Positions 12,900-22,975 of a stretch of DNA of 64,000 nt are shown in pieces. The position numbers and the translations under genes were made by a program. The DNA is from Leucoraja erinacea. Its lineage: Eukaryota. The stretch spans positions 10,788,001 to 10,852,000 of the forward strand of contig NC_073411.1 in the NCBI RefSeq assembly GCF_028641065.1, given 5' to 3'. The notes beneath the pieces were generated by a model that worked only from the letters and a program-made list of their open reading frames with translations, was not told the DNA's origin and did not search any database. The stretch's first letter is position 1. Each line of letters begins with the position of its first letter.

Positions 12900-14210
12900 A
12901 GCGCTACATCCCCCTCCGTCTCTCTCTTCTCTCTATCTCCCCTCTCAGCTCTCTCTGTCACTCTCTCATCACTCTCCTGATCTCCGACTCTCTCTCTCTC
13001 TTCCTCTCCTTCTCTCTCTGAACGGTCTCTCTCTCTCTTCTTCGGTTCCTTCCCCGTCGTTTCCCGTTTCTCTTGGATCCTCCGGCCGTGGTCTGCTTGG
13101 CTCGCCTGTCCGCGGCGCTGGCTCCCCGGGCCCTCACCGTTCTCCTCTCTTTCCCCAAGTCTCCCTCCTTCCCCTTTCGCCCCTCCGATTTCCCTTTTCC
13201 CCCTGATCCCTGGCTCCTCTCGGTCCCCGTGCCTGTAATCGCCCTTTTTCTTCTCCTTTACTCCCCAGATCTCACGGTCGTTCTCTTTCTCTGCAATCCA
13301 GTGCGCATTTCCCTGTCCCTCCCCTTCTCCCCCCTTCCTTTCTTATCTTCCTGTTTTTTGCCCTTGGCCCCTTCGCTTCGGTCTCCCCTCTCTTCCTTTC
13401 TTTCTCCCGTTTTTCCCTTTTTGTCGCTCTCTTCCTGTCTCCTCCTTCTTTTCTTTCTCCCCCTTCCCCCTTTCTCCTCCACCCCCTCTCCCCCACATTC
13501 CCCCCCTCTCTTCCCCCTTTTTCCCCTCTCGTCTCCCGTCCCGTTTATCTCCTTTTTTTCTCCCCCTCCTCCCTCTCCCTCTCCCATTCTCTCCTCTTTC
13601 CATTCCTTCCTCTCCCTCCCCCACCTTTTCCCCGTTCTGCTTTTCTTTCTCCCCTTTACTTTCTACCTCTTTTTCTTTCTCCTACTTTTTTCCCCTTCTC
13701 ACCTTCCCCTATTCCTTCTTCTTCCTTCTTTTTGTTCATCTTTGCCCCCTTCTTTTTCCCCTTTCCCTTTCTTGATGTTGCCTCTCCCTTCCTTTCCTTT
13801 CTTTTCCCTTTTCTTCTGTCCCCCTACTTTCCCCCTCCCCTCCTCTTTTTTCATCTTCCTTTCCCCCTCCGCCTTTTTCCCCCTTTTTTTCCTTCTGCTC
13901 TTCTTTTCTCCCTCCCTCCCCCCGTTCTTTCTTTTGACCTTCTTCTTTCTCTCCTTTTTTCTTCTCCCATTCCTTGTTCCCCTCTCTCCTTTTCCTTTTT
14001 TGTGTTCTCTTTCTCTCTTCCTTTTTTTCTCCCACTCTCCTTTCCCCCCCTTCCTGATTCCTCTGTCCTTCGCTCACACCCATCGTTTGTTGTCTTTTCC
14101 CCTTTTCTCTTCTTCTCCCCCTGTCTCCTTCTCTTTTCCCTCTCTTCTTTCCCCTCCTTTTTGTTTTTCTCTTCTTTTCTCCTCCTCTTTTCTTTACTAT
14201 CAGTTTTCAT
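12900..14210. repeat. CT-rich low-complexity tract
   Basis: Almost pure C/T; source of the spurious 383-aa and 202-aa ORFs. Confidence 0.85.
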
Positions 14211-15179
14211 TCATAAACACTTAAAAAGACACAAAAAAGCTGGAGAAACTCAGTGGGTGCAGCAGTATCTATGGAGCGAAAGAAAAAGGCAACGTTTCGG
14301 GTCGAAGCCCGAAACGTTGCCTTTTTCCTTCGCTCCATAGATGCTGCTGCACCTATATAACCATATAACAATTACAGCACGGAAACAGACCATCTCGGCC
14401 CTACAAGTCCATGCCGAACAAATTTTTTTCCCCTTAGTCCCACCTGCCTGCACTCGTACCATAACCCTCCATTCCCTTCTCATCCATATGCCTATCCAAT
14501 TGCTTTTTAAATGATACCAATGAACCTGCTTCCACCACTTCCACTGGGAGCTCATTCCACACCGCTACCACTCTCTGAGTAAAGAAGTTCCCCCTCATAT
14601 TACCCCTAAGTTCACCTGCTGAGTTTCTCCAGCTTTTTTTGTGTACCTTCGATTTTCCAGCATCTGCAGTTCCTTCTTAAACACTTAAAAATACACAATG
14701 TTTTTGTTTTCAAATACAGACTCACCAACAACCACTCTGAATAAAGCTACACACTCATTTCTCTAGAATGTTTCACTGCTTTAATGTATGAGAGGGCCAA
14801 TCTTCACAAATTCATGTTCAATGCTCAAACTGAAACAATGTTCATCAGTCGGCTTTTGGAAGTTGAAACATACAGAATTTTTTTTTCCAAATAAATCCTT
14901 TGAAAAAAGTTGCAATAAAAAAATAAATAAATAAAAATTAAAAAAAAGTTGCAATAATTTGACAAGACAGGAATTAGTGTGATTCAATAGTTTCAAAATC
15001 TTTGCTGATAATTTCCTGTCCTTTAATAATGCCAATAATTTGTGCTCACGTATTGCTCAAGCTACTGAATCCAACACAGACAGGAACAAGCAGATAGAAG
15101 GAACTGCGGGTGATGTTGCAACGAAAAGTCACTAAGTGCTGAAATGGACAAAACAATAATGTCCTAGTGTAGCGGCACC

Positions 15180-15900
15180 TAGTGGTTCGGCCACTCCTCC
15201 TATGCAAATCCTCGGCAATCCTGGGAAGGTATCACGAGATATATACTAGGGAACACCCCCAATACAAGTCCTGACCTTCCCTCTCTCGCTCTCTTGCTCT
15301 TCTGCTTCCTCTCACTTCATGAGTGTGTCCTGCCACCGCAGCAGGAGCACAACCGAGCCCACGAGGCAACAGCCTCTCAACAACTACGACTATTATGTTA
15401 AAGTGTTAAACGTCCATGTATTTGAAACCTACAATGCCCGAATAAAGAATCCATTTATTCACAACGTTTGCGCCTCTACACTAGCTTCTTTATAGGAATG
15501 CTACCCAGAAACATCAATAGACAATATACAATGTACCATATACAACACCAATAGACAATGCTGTCTTAGGGATTAATCAGTGTGTAGCCTTTGACAGGGT
15601 TATTACTACTCGAGTCTTCAAAGGCTTCACAACTCTTAACTGAGTGCAGTTGTTAAGAAAGTGGAATTGATGTGGTCATTCCATTCTGGATGAAAGAGTG
15701 GGAGCTGGGTAAGTGGCAGTTCAACTACAGAACAACACAGCAGTGGGATGGAGTCCATACCTTGTTGACAAGGTTTGTAAATACAGAGCTAATTATGTTC
15801 AGGTTACTATGAAGTTTGTTTGTCAGTGCTGTTTCTGAACCTGTCGGAGCTCTGTAATATCCTGCAGTGATCCCACAACACACTAGATCACTTAACCAAT
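15180..15900 (+). pseudogene. Putative highly decayed PIF/Harbinger (HARBI1-like) DDE transposase remnant
   Basis: Short collinear, frame-shifted motifs read by eye: VLGINQCVA (15563; cf. VLGAIDCTHV), KGFTTLN*VQ (15620; cf. KGFHSLNVQ), WDGVHTLLT (15744; cf. GDxGYxxxxxLLTP), LNLS-GAL*YP (15835; cf. CLDRSGGALQYSP). Confidence 0.45.
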
Positions 15901-17127
15901 AATTGCTTCCACCTTATGAGGATAACGTCACCCTCATTTTATGTATTGTCTAATCTTTCCTTCGCTCCGTAGATGCTGCCTCACCCGCTGAGTTTCTCCA
16001 GCTTTTTTGTCTACCTTCCATTTTCCCCAGATAGGGTGGTCTGAAACCACTGGCCACTCAGACATGGGGCAAGCTTTTTAGGACTGAAAACAGACACAAA
16101 ATGCTTGAGTAACTCAGCAGGAAAGGCAGCATCTCTGGAGAGAAGGAATGTGTGACATTTCTAGCTGAGACCATTCTTCAGACTGAGTCAGGGGAGAGAG
16201 AAACTAGAGATATGGAAGGTTAAGGTGTGAAATGACAAATCAAAGATGATAGTGATCAAGGAAATGTACAATGGTTCATTGTTGGCTGAGGAGAAGGTGA
16301 CAACGAGGCATACAAAGTAAAATTAATCAGGACAGCGAAAAAAGAGAGAGAGAGTGGGAGGGGAAGAGGGGAAGAGAGTGTTAGTTAAGGTTAGAGAAAT
16401 CTAGACTGAGAGACATCTGAACATTTGGACTGATATGAGGATGGATTTCTTGACAACAGGCTGAGTTGGATGATCAGCCATGATCATATTGAATGGCTGT
16501 GCAGGCTTGAAGGGCCGAATGGCCTACTCCTGCACCTATTTTCTATGTTTCACTAACACTGTAGACAATGGAAGCTAAGTCATTGAACATGTAAGGTGGT
16601 GATAAGCAGATATCTCGACACAAAGCACCACTAGGTTTGGGGCTATAACAAGAATATGGTAACGATCATGTTGAATGGTGGAATGGCTTCAAAGGGCAGA
16701 ATGGCCTTCTCCTATGTAACCACTGATAAAATAGTTGTCTGAATGTCAATCAGATTAGTAGACAACAAACTACTGTGTTATGTGCTTCCTGGCCTTTTAT
16801 ACCTGAATTATGGACTAGTAAACTCCTGCCCATTAATAGTCCTGAAAAACATGTTCAATGGTCATTCAACATTCCAATAATACTTCCATCCAATAATACT
16901 TTCATTCACTGATGTCCGATACTCAAGATTGTAGTACCATAGTTAAAAGCAGCCACCCAAAAACATTAGACTTGAAAACAATGTAATACTTTATTGCTTA
17001 TGCAACTATCAGTAGACCTACTAATTTTACCTTTATCAAGTCCTCTAGCTGTTCCAACACGAGACTCCCTTGTGGCTTTGCTCAAGAGCTGGCAGTTACT
17101 GTAGCTCGGTCATGGGGTGGAAAATGC

Positions 17128-17975
17128 TCAAGGGCGCCGGTCCCATTGAGCTCGAGGGGGTCTGATCGCCGACTGCAGATTCAATGGTGCTGCTGCAGGA
17201 GCAGCTGGGGCTGGAGGAGATGGCGGGTGAGCAGACGTGCTGTTATCCAGAGAGGGACCAGCAAGAGCCACTCCAGCTGGCTCACTCAGATGATGCCGCG
17301 ACTCATTGACCATGCTGCCATTGACCTGCGGCACAGCAGACTGGAGGAGGTCAGAGACGTTACTGAAGCCCCTATCAATGCGCCCACCCAGCCTTTCTAA
17401 ACTAGTGGATATGGTGCAAGCCAGGGCCTGAATAGCACCAGTTTGAGCCTCAATCAATGACGCCAGTGTGGGTGTCACAGGCTCCTGGACAGAGGGCTTC
17501 ATTGCTGCGTCCACAGAGTTGGCAACACGCTCCATGGTAGACTGGAGAGTAGTGATGCCCTGCGCCACAACTCCACAAAATATAGAAGCAGACTCTTCTA
17601 CACTCTCAGACAGGGTGAGACAACTCTTGGGTAGACTGTCCAAAGCTTTGAGCAACTGATGATGTTCATGGAAAAGCTTTCTTTTAAAGGCAGGGCCGGT
17701 TAAATCTGCATCTTCATCCTTTTCGACATAGCTGGGACCAGAGGTTGCCCTCGAGTCATCTGTCTCCTCTACAGTCCTTTCCTCTATAGCCAGCTCCTGT
17801 TCGTTACTGCCGAATAATTCATAGTGAGCCGATCCATTCAGCTGAGCATCCATGCTACCGGAGATGTTCATGTCAGTGGTGATGTACTGGAATGACGGGG
17901 CTGGCGACTGTGCATCTTCTGTAAAATGTCCCCCCTCCATCTCCTGCCTCATAAAGCCTAGGTAATGTGTCAGAT
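17128..17975 (-). CDS. Myb/SANT-like gene exon 3 (848 bp, includes stop)
   Basis: tttacAG|AT CTG ACA; phase 1 matches exon 2; long open frame with acidic, helical and Pro/Ala-rich segments. Confidence 0.8.
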
Positions 17976-20900
17976 CTGTAAAGAGGGAGAGGGACAAGAA
18001 TTAGCGAGCCTTGGGATGGTCAGGTAGTAACAGCACACGCACAGCTCAAGGATGATAATGCTGCCTGTGTGATGAGTTAAAACAGCAGATAAGAGAAATA
18101 GGAAGGTACCCTGTGGTACTTGGCCTCCAGCCTTGCCATTCTCGAGGTTTCTCCTGCTGTTTGGCCCAATGATGTCCAGGGCTTCCTGCTCCATCTGGGT
18201 GAGATTTAGAATGGAGGCTGGCCGTTCCTCGCAGCTGGTTCTTTTCCTTCTTTTGTGTGCCAACTTCTCCTGCAGAAATAGTGGGAGTGAGTTAGTGTTT
18301 CATTGTTGCAACACATTACCCAGATGAGCGAACCAGCTGCATGCAGAAGGAATGACGCCAGTTAACTGAGTATACACCAAAGATTATAGAGTGGAGATCC
18401 GCTCTATAATCTTTGGTGTACATTGCTGTATCATGTGCATGAAAAAAAAGCTTCCCTTTATTTACTATCGTTTGACTCATCTTTGCAGCTTAACAGTTTC
18501 TGTGATGCAAGAAGCAGATGTCCAATATGTGTGCAGCATACTCTATAATGACAATGCGATAGTGACTTGACACAAGGAACTGCAGATGCTGCTTTACAAA
18601 AAAGTAAAAAATTGTTGGAGTAATTCAGTAGATCAGACAGCATCTCTGGAGAACATGGATAGATGATGTTTCGGGTCAGACTCCTACTTAAGATAATTAC
18701 TAGATCGCTTTTCTTCAAAATGCTGTTAATCATAGCGGAAAAGGGAAAAGCTTCCAGTCATAACTCACATCGGTTCCAAAGCTTAGGTAGATGAAAATGC
18801 TGGAGAATCTCAGCGGGCGAGGCCGCTGAGTTTCTCCAGCATTTTAAATTACCTTCGATTTTTCCAGCATCTGTAGTTCCTTCTAAAACATTGTTTCCAA
18901 AGCTTTGTCATCTTTAAGCTTGACTATAGAAACAGATACCAGGCTGATTGCCCATTAAAAAAAAAACATTTAATGTATTTGAGGGGTGGAAGATTGCAAC
19001 CTTCAGGTGGTCCGCCCGGTTTCAACTAATGCAATCAACTCGACGTGCACAAATGGAAGATCAAATAGAACAAGTTGTCCAACAACTTTAGGCTGTGCAC
19101 ACCACACGAAAGAAGAAGAAGAATGTATTTGAAATCATCAAAACCTCTTTGTTTTGTCTCATTCCCAGTTCTGATGAAGGGTCTTTGTCCAGAATCATTA
19201 ACTGTTATTCATTCCACAGATGCTACCTGATTTGCTCCACCTTCCACCGCCCCCACTTTACCACCTTCATCGCTCCATCTGGCTTTACATTTCACTCCCC
19301 CTCTATTTATCTGACACCCTTTAGTTTCCTTTTGATCTCTCGCCTTTGTCCACCCATCTCTCATTTACCGGCTATAACTTGCCAATCTTTGTTCGCCCCC
19401 TCCTCTTTCCAGCTTTCTCCCCACTTCTTTCATCAGTCTGTAGAAAGGTTCATACCCAAAAGGTCATCTGTCCATTCCATCCACAGATGGTGTCTGACCC
19501 ATCAAGGTAGTCCTGCAATTTATATTTCAATCAAAATTGTTCCTTTTGCCATCTTAACTATCAACACTGAAATCATTTGTCTCAGACTTTCTTCTGGCTC
19601 TCAGTGCAATCCCATTCCCCCACATATTCTTGCAACCTTCCTCTCTCACATGGCCATCAACTCCACCTATTTCCTCTACCATCTCCCTACATTTGCGGAA
19701 ATTTAGTGACCAATATTGCTGCCAACTTTTGGAGATTGCGTGAAAACCAGATCACCCAAGAGAAACTGATCATAGGGAGAGCATGAATGTTCTTCACAAA
19801 TAGCACCAGAGATCGGGATTGAACCTGTTTTGTTGCAGATATCAGACAACGGCATTATCTGTATATTACTGTCGCTCCCTGCAGTCCTTATCCCACGATA
19901 CATCAAATCCAATTCACACATTGTGCTTGACAATTCAAATGAATGCTGGTTCAGTAAAATTTGACTTTAAAATTTCTCATCCTTATTTTCACACCCTTTA
20001 TTGGTGTTACTTCTTCACCTGTTCTACAACCGCTAAAATATCTAATCTACTATTCTTACACTCTTGTACTCGAGCATGATTGCACTTATGCATGTCTTTT
20101 TACATACAGTTCAGTAAAATAATTCTATGCACAAGTCAGTGGATATTTCTAAGGCAGAGATGGATAGATTTTTGATTAGTACAGATGTCAGAGGTTATGG
20201 GGGAAGGCAGAAGAACGAGGTTTGGAGGGAGAGATAGGCCATGATTGAATGGCAGAGTACACATGATGGGACGATTGGCCTAATTCTATTCCTATCACTT
20301 ATGACCTTATGACCTGAAGAAGGAATTAGATAAATATATGGTGAAGACAAATGTACAAGGCTACTGAGGAGATGGTGTAGGATAAGATGGCACTGTAATA
20401 ATATTGATTTTTTAAATGTTATCTTTGTGAATTCCATTTACAGGCCTATTATGCTGTAAGAATTTCATTATTCTGTTTTCAGAACATATGACAATTAAAA
20501 AGCTTTATTCTTGGTAGAAAACTAGTTCAGAAATTACCAGCTAGTTCATCTGCTGGGTTCCTGTAACTGTTCTACAATTATATAAAGGAAGGTTACTATA
20601 AGCATTTCAAAAGGCATTTAAGGTGAAGTTTCAAAATAAACTTATTAGGAAACTGGAGCCAACATGACAAAAACAGCGAAAGCAAGCAAAAGTGCTGATT
20701 AATGCGAACTGTTGCCTTTCAGAATGGAGTGGGAAGTGCATTTCCCTCCAGGGGGGAAACTGTAGTTAGAAATAGGTTTTGTCGGTTAAGAGCAGGCTGG
20801 AATAATGGGTCAGTTCAAACAGTTCTGTACGGCATGTGGACCCACGGAAATTGTATAATTTATTAGTTTGATTTATTATTGTCACCGATATATAGTGACA

Positions 20901-21969
20901 TTTTTTGTTTGCATACTATCCAGTCAAATCGTACTATACAGTTACATTCAAGCCATACACAAGTACAACAGGTAGTGCAAAGAGAAAAATACCAGAGTGC
21001 AGAATACATTGCTACAACATTATAGCTAAAACAAAAGTGTAGGTAGAAAAAGTGCAAAGGCCATAAGGGGGTAGGTTGGGAGATCAGGACTACATCCTTA
21101 GTTTATGAAAGGGCTGACAAAAATGCTGGAGAAAAGAAGGGCTTTTCAGTAGTCTGTCAACGGCAGAGAAGAAACTGTTCCCAAATCAGGTGGTAAATGC
21201 TTTCAAGATTTTGTATCTTCAACCCGACAGGCGAGTGGGAAAGAAAGGGTGACCAGGTGCAAATGATTGAGACAATGAACCATTGATGATGGTTTACAAA
21301 AATAGACATAACGTGCTGGAGTGACTCAGCAGGTCAGGCAGCGTATCTGGAGGCCATTGATAGGCGACGTTTCAGGTCGGGATAAATAGGCCTTGATTAT
21401 GTTGGCTGCTTTCCCAAGACATCGTGAAGTGTAGATGGAGTCAATGGGGGGTGGAGCTGGTTTATGTTATGGATATCATCCACAATCATGCAGGGCATGC
21501 ATCTCACACCCTTGGGATACAGGGGACAGTTCTGAAGAAGGATCTCGTCCTGAAACGTCACCCATTCCTTCTCTGCACATATGCTACCTGTCCCGCTGAG
21601 TGACACCAGCATTTTTGTGTCTATCTTCGGTGCAAACCTGCACCTGCAGTTCTGAAATCTGTCGACACCTAACAGGTTGCAAGTGTCAGACTGTGGTCCA
21701 GTGGGGCTGACCACCTGGCGTCAGTCACCCAGGCTTACCTTAGCAGTCCAGGTCAGGCCATTGAACTTCTTGCGGCATTGCAGCCAAGTCTTGGGCACCT
21801 CACTCTTGGCGTTGACGCTGTGTGCCACCTCGACCCAGGCCTGGTGCACCATCTCCCTGGGCACACTCCGGCCCTGGGAGGGGAAAAACACCTCCCTGCG
21901 AGCCCTCACCTGCTCCAGCAGAACCTGCACTGCTCTGTCACTGAAGCGCGGAGTCCGGGGCTCGGACAT
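17128..21969 (-). CDS. Myb/SANT-like DNA-binding domain protein (Myb_DNA-bind_5 type; Harbinger-derived, NAIF1/MSANTD/MYPOP-like), 3 exons, 412 aa
   Basis: Exons 21969-21739 (ATG in GCAGCCATG context), 18269-18110 and 17975-17128 total 1239 nt in frame. The N-terminus RTPRFSDRAVQVLLEQV...AWVEVAHSVNA...TWLQCRKKFNGL...KEKLAH...LTQMEQEALDIIG fits the trihelix Myb/SANT-like pattern. AATAAA lies at 16995-16990. Confidence 0.85.
18110..18269 (-). CDS. Myb/SANT-like gene exon 2 (160 bp)
   Basis: tgcAG|GAG AAG TTG GCA CAC...CCA CAG G|GTacct; includes the basic NLS-like stretch KRRKR. Confidence 0.8.
21529..21563 (+). ncRNA. Putative minimal hammerhead ribozyme (variant stem II)
   Basis: CTGAAGA-AGGAT(CTC)GTCCT-GAAACGTC-ACC. 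Confidence 0.45.
21739..21969 (-). CDS. Myb/SANT-like gene exon 1 (231 bp coding; DNA-binding domain)
   Basis: MSEPRTPRFSD...LTWTAK|GTaagc, phase 0. Confidence 0.85.
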
Positions 21970-22270
21970 GGCTGCGGCCGGCGAGGGGAGACAAGGCGGG
22001 AGGGAGGAGGGAGGGATGGACGACGGTTGGGGCCGATGGGCGGGGCCAACACCCATCGGAAGTCCCGCCCCCATCACGTGGTACACCGGCCAATAGCGGG
22101 CCCGCCCGCCCCGTCAGTCAGGGCAGCGGCGGCCAATGGGGCGCGCGGCGCCGATCCAGGCCCCGCCCACGCCGGCCCGATGTGCGCCCGCAGGAAAATT
22201 GGCTTCTCAAGATGGCGGCGGCCGGCCAGGCCTGGTCGCGGCCGCTAGACGTGGCCTGGACCCCCTCGTG
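21900..22270. promoter_or_regulatory. CpG-island promoter of the Myb/SANT-like gene
   Basis: CpG-dense; GC boxes (CCCGCCC), E-box CACGTG at ~22075, two CCAAT boxes (~22090, ~22133), YY1 consensus CAAGATGGCGGC at 22208-22219. Confidence 0.7.
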
Positions 22271-22389
22271 TGGACCCCACTGGGCTGGAGAGGGTGGTTA
22301 CAGCTTTTATTCTCAGGTTAGATGCCCGCAGGGGAGGGATAACCTGGGAAAATCTGCCTGGCCAGAGGCCGCCAATGAAGGAAATACAT

Positions 22390-22975
22390 AGAGAGGAGTG
22401 AGGGGGTGGAGATGGAGATAAGGCAGTGGTTGTGGTAGTGGAGAGAAAAGAAAGGGGAAGGAGGAGGGGAGGGAAATGGAAGGAGGAGGAGGAGGGGAGA
22501 GAAAAAGAAAGGGGGAGGGGGAGGGAATGGAAGGAAGAGGGGAGGGAATGGAAGGAGGAGGAGTGGGAAATGGAAGGAGGAGGGGAGGGAAAGGAGGAGG
22601 GGTGTGGGGGAATGGAAGGAGGAGGGGAGGGAAATGGAAGGAGGAGGGAGGGGAGGGAAAGAGGGGGGGGGGGGGGGGGGAATGGAAGGGGGAGGGAGGG
22701 AAATGGAAGGGGGAGGAGGAGGGGAGGGAAAGAGGGGGGGGTGGGGAGGGGAATGGGGAAGGGGAGGGAGGGAAATGGAAGGAGGAGGGGGGGGGGGGGT
22801 GGGGAAATGAAAGGGGGGAGAAGGGGAAGATAGGGAGCAGGGAAGATAAAGAGGGGAGGGAAATGAAAGGAGGAGGGGGAGGAGGAGATGGGGAAGGAGG
22901 GAAAGGGGGAGGGGAGAAGGGGAGGGGGGAGTGAGGAGGGGGATAGGAGGCGGGGTTGCAGGAGGAGGAGGGAGA
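22390..22975. repeat. GA-rich low-complexity tandem tract (GGGAAATGGAAGGAGGAGG units)
   Basis: Purine-only repeats with long G runs. Confidence 0.85.

Noticed and set aside
13073-14224. 383-aa ORF and overlapping ORFs
   Set aside because: Artefacts of a CT-only low-complexity tract that lacks stop codons; no domain.
21970-22086. Upstream in-frame extension of the Myb ORF (MYHVMGAGLPM...)
   Set aside because: It runs through promoter motifs. The ATG at 21969 has the better Kozak context and sits directly before the domain, though the extension is not formally excluded.
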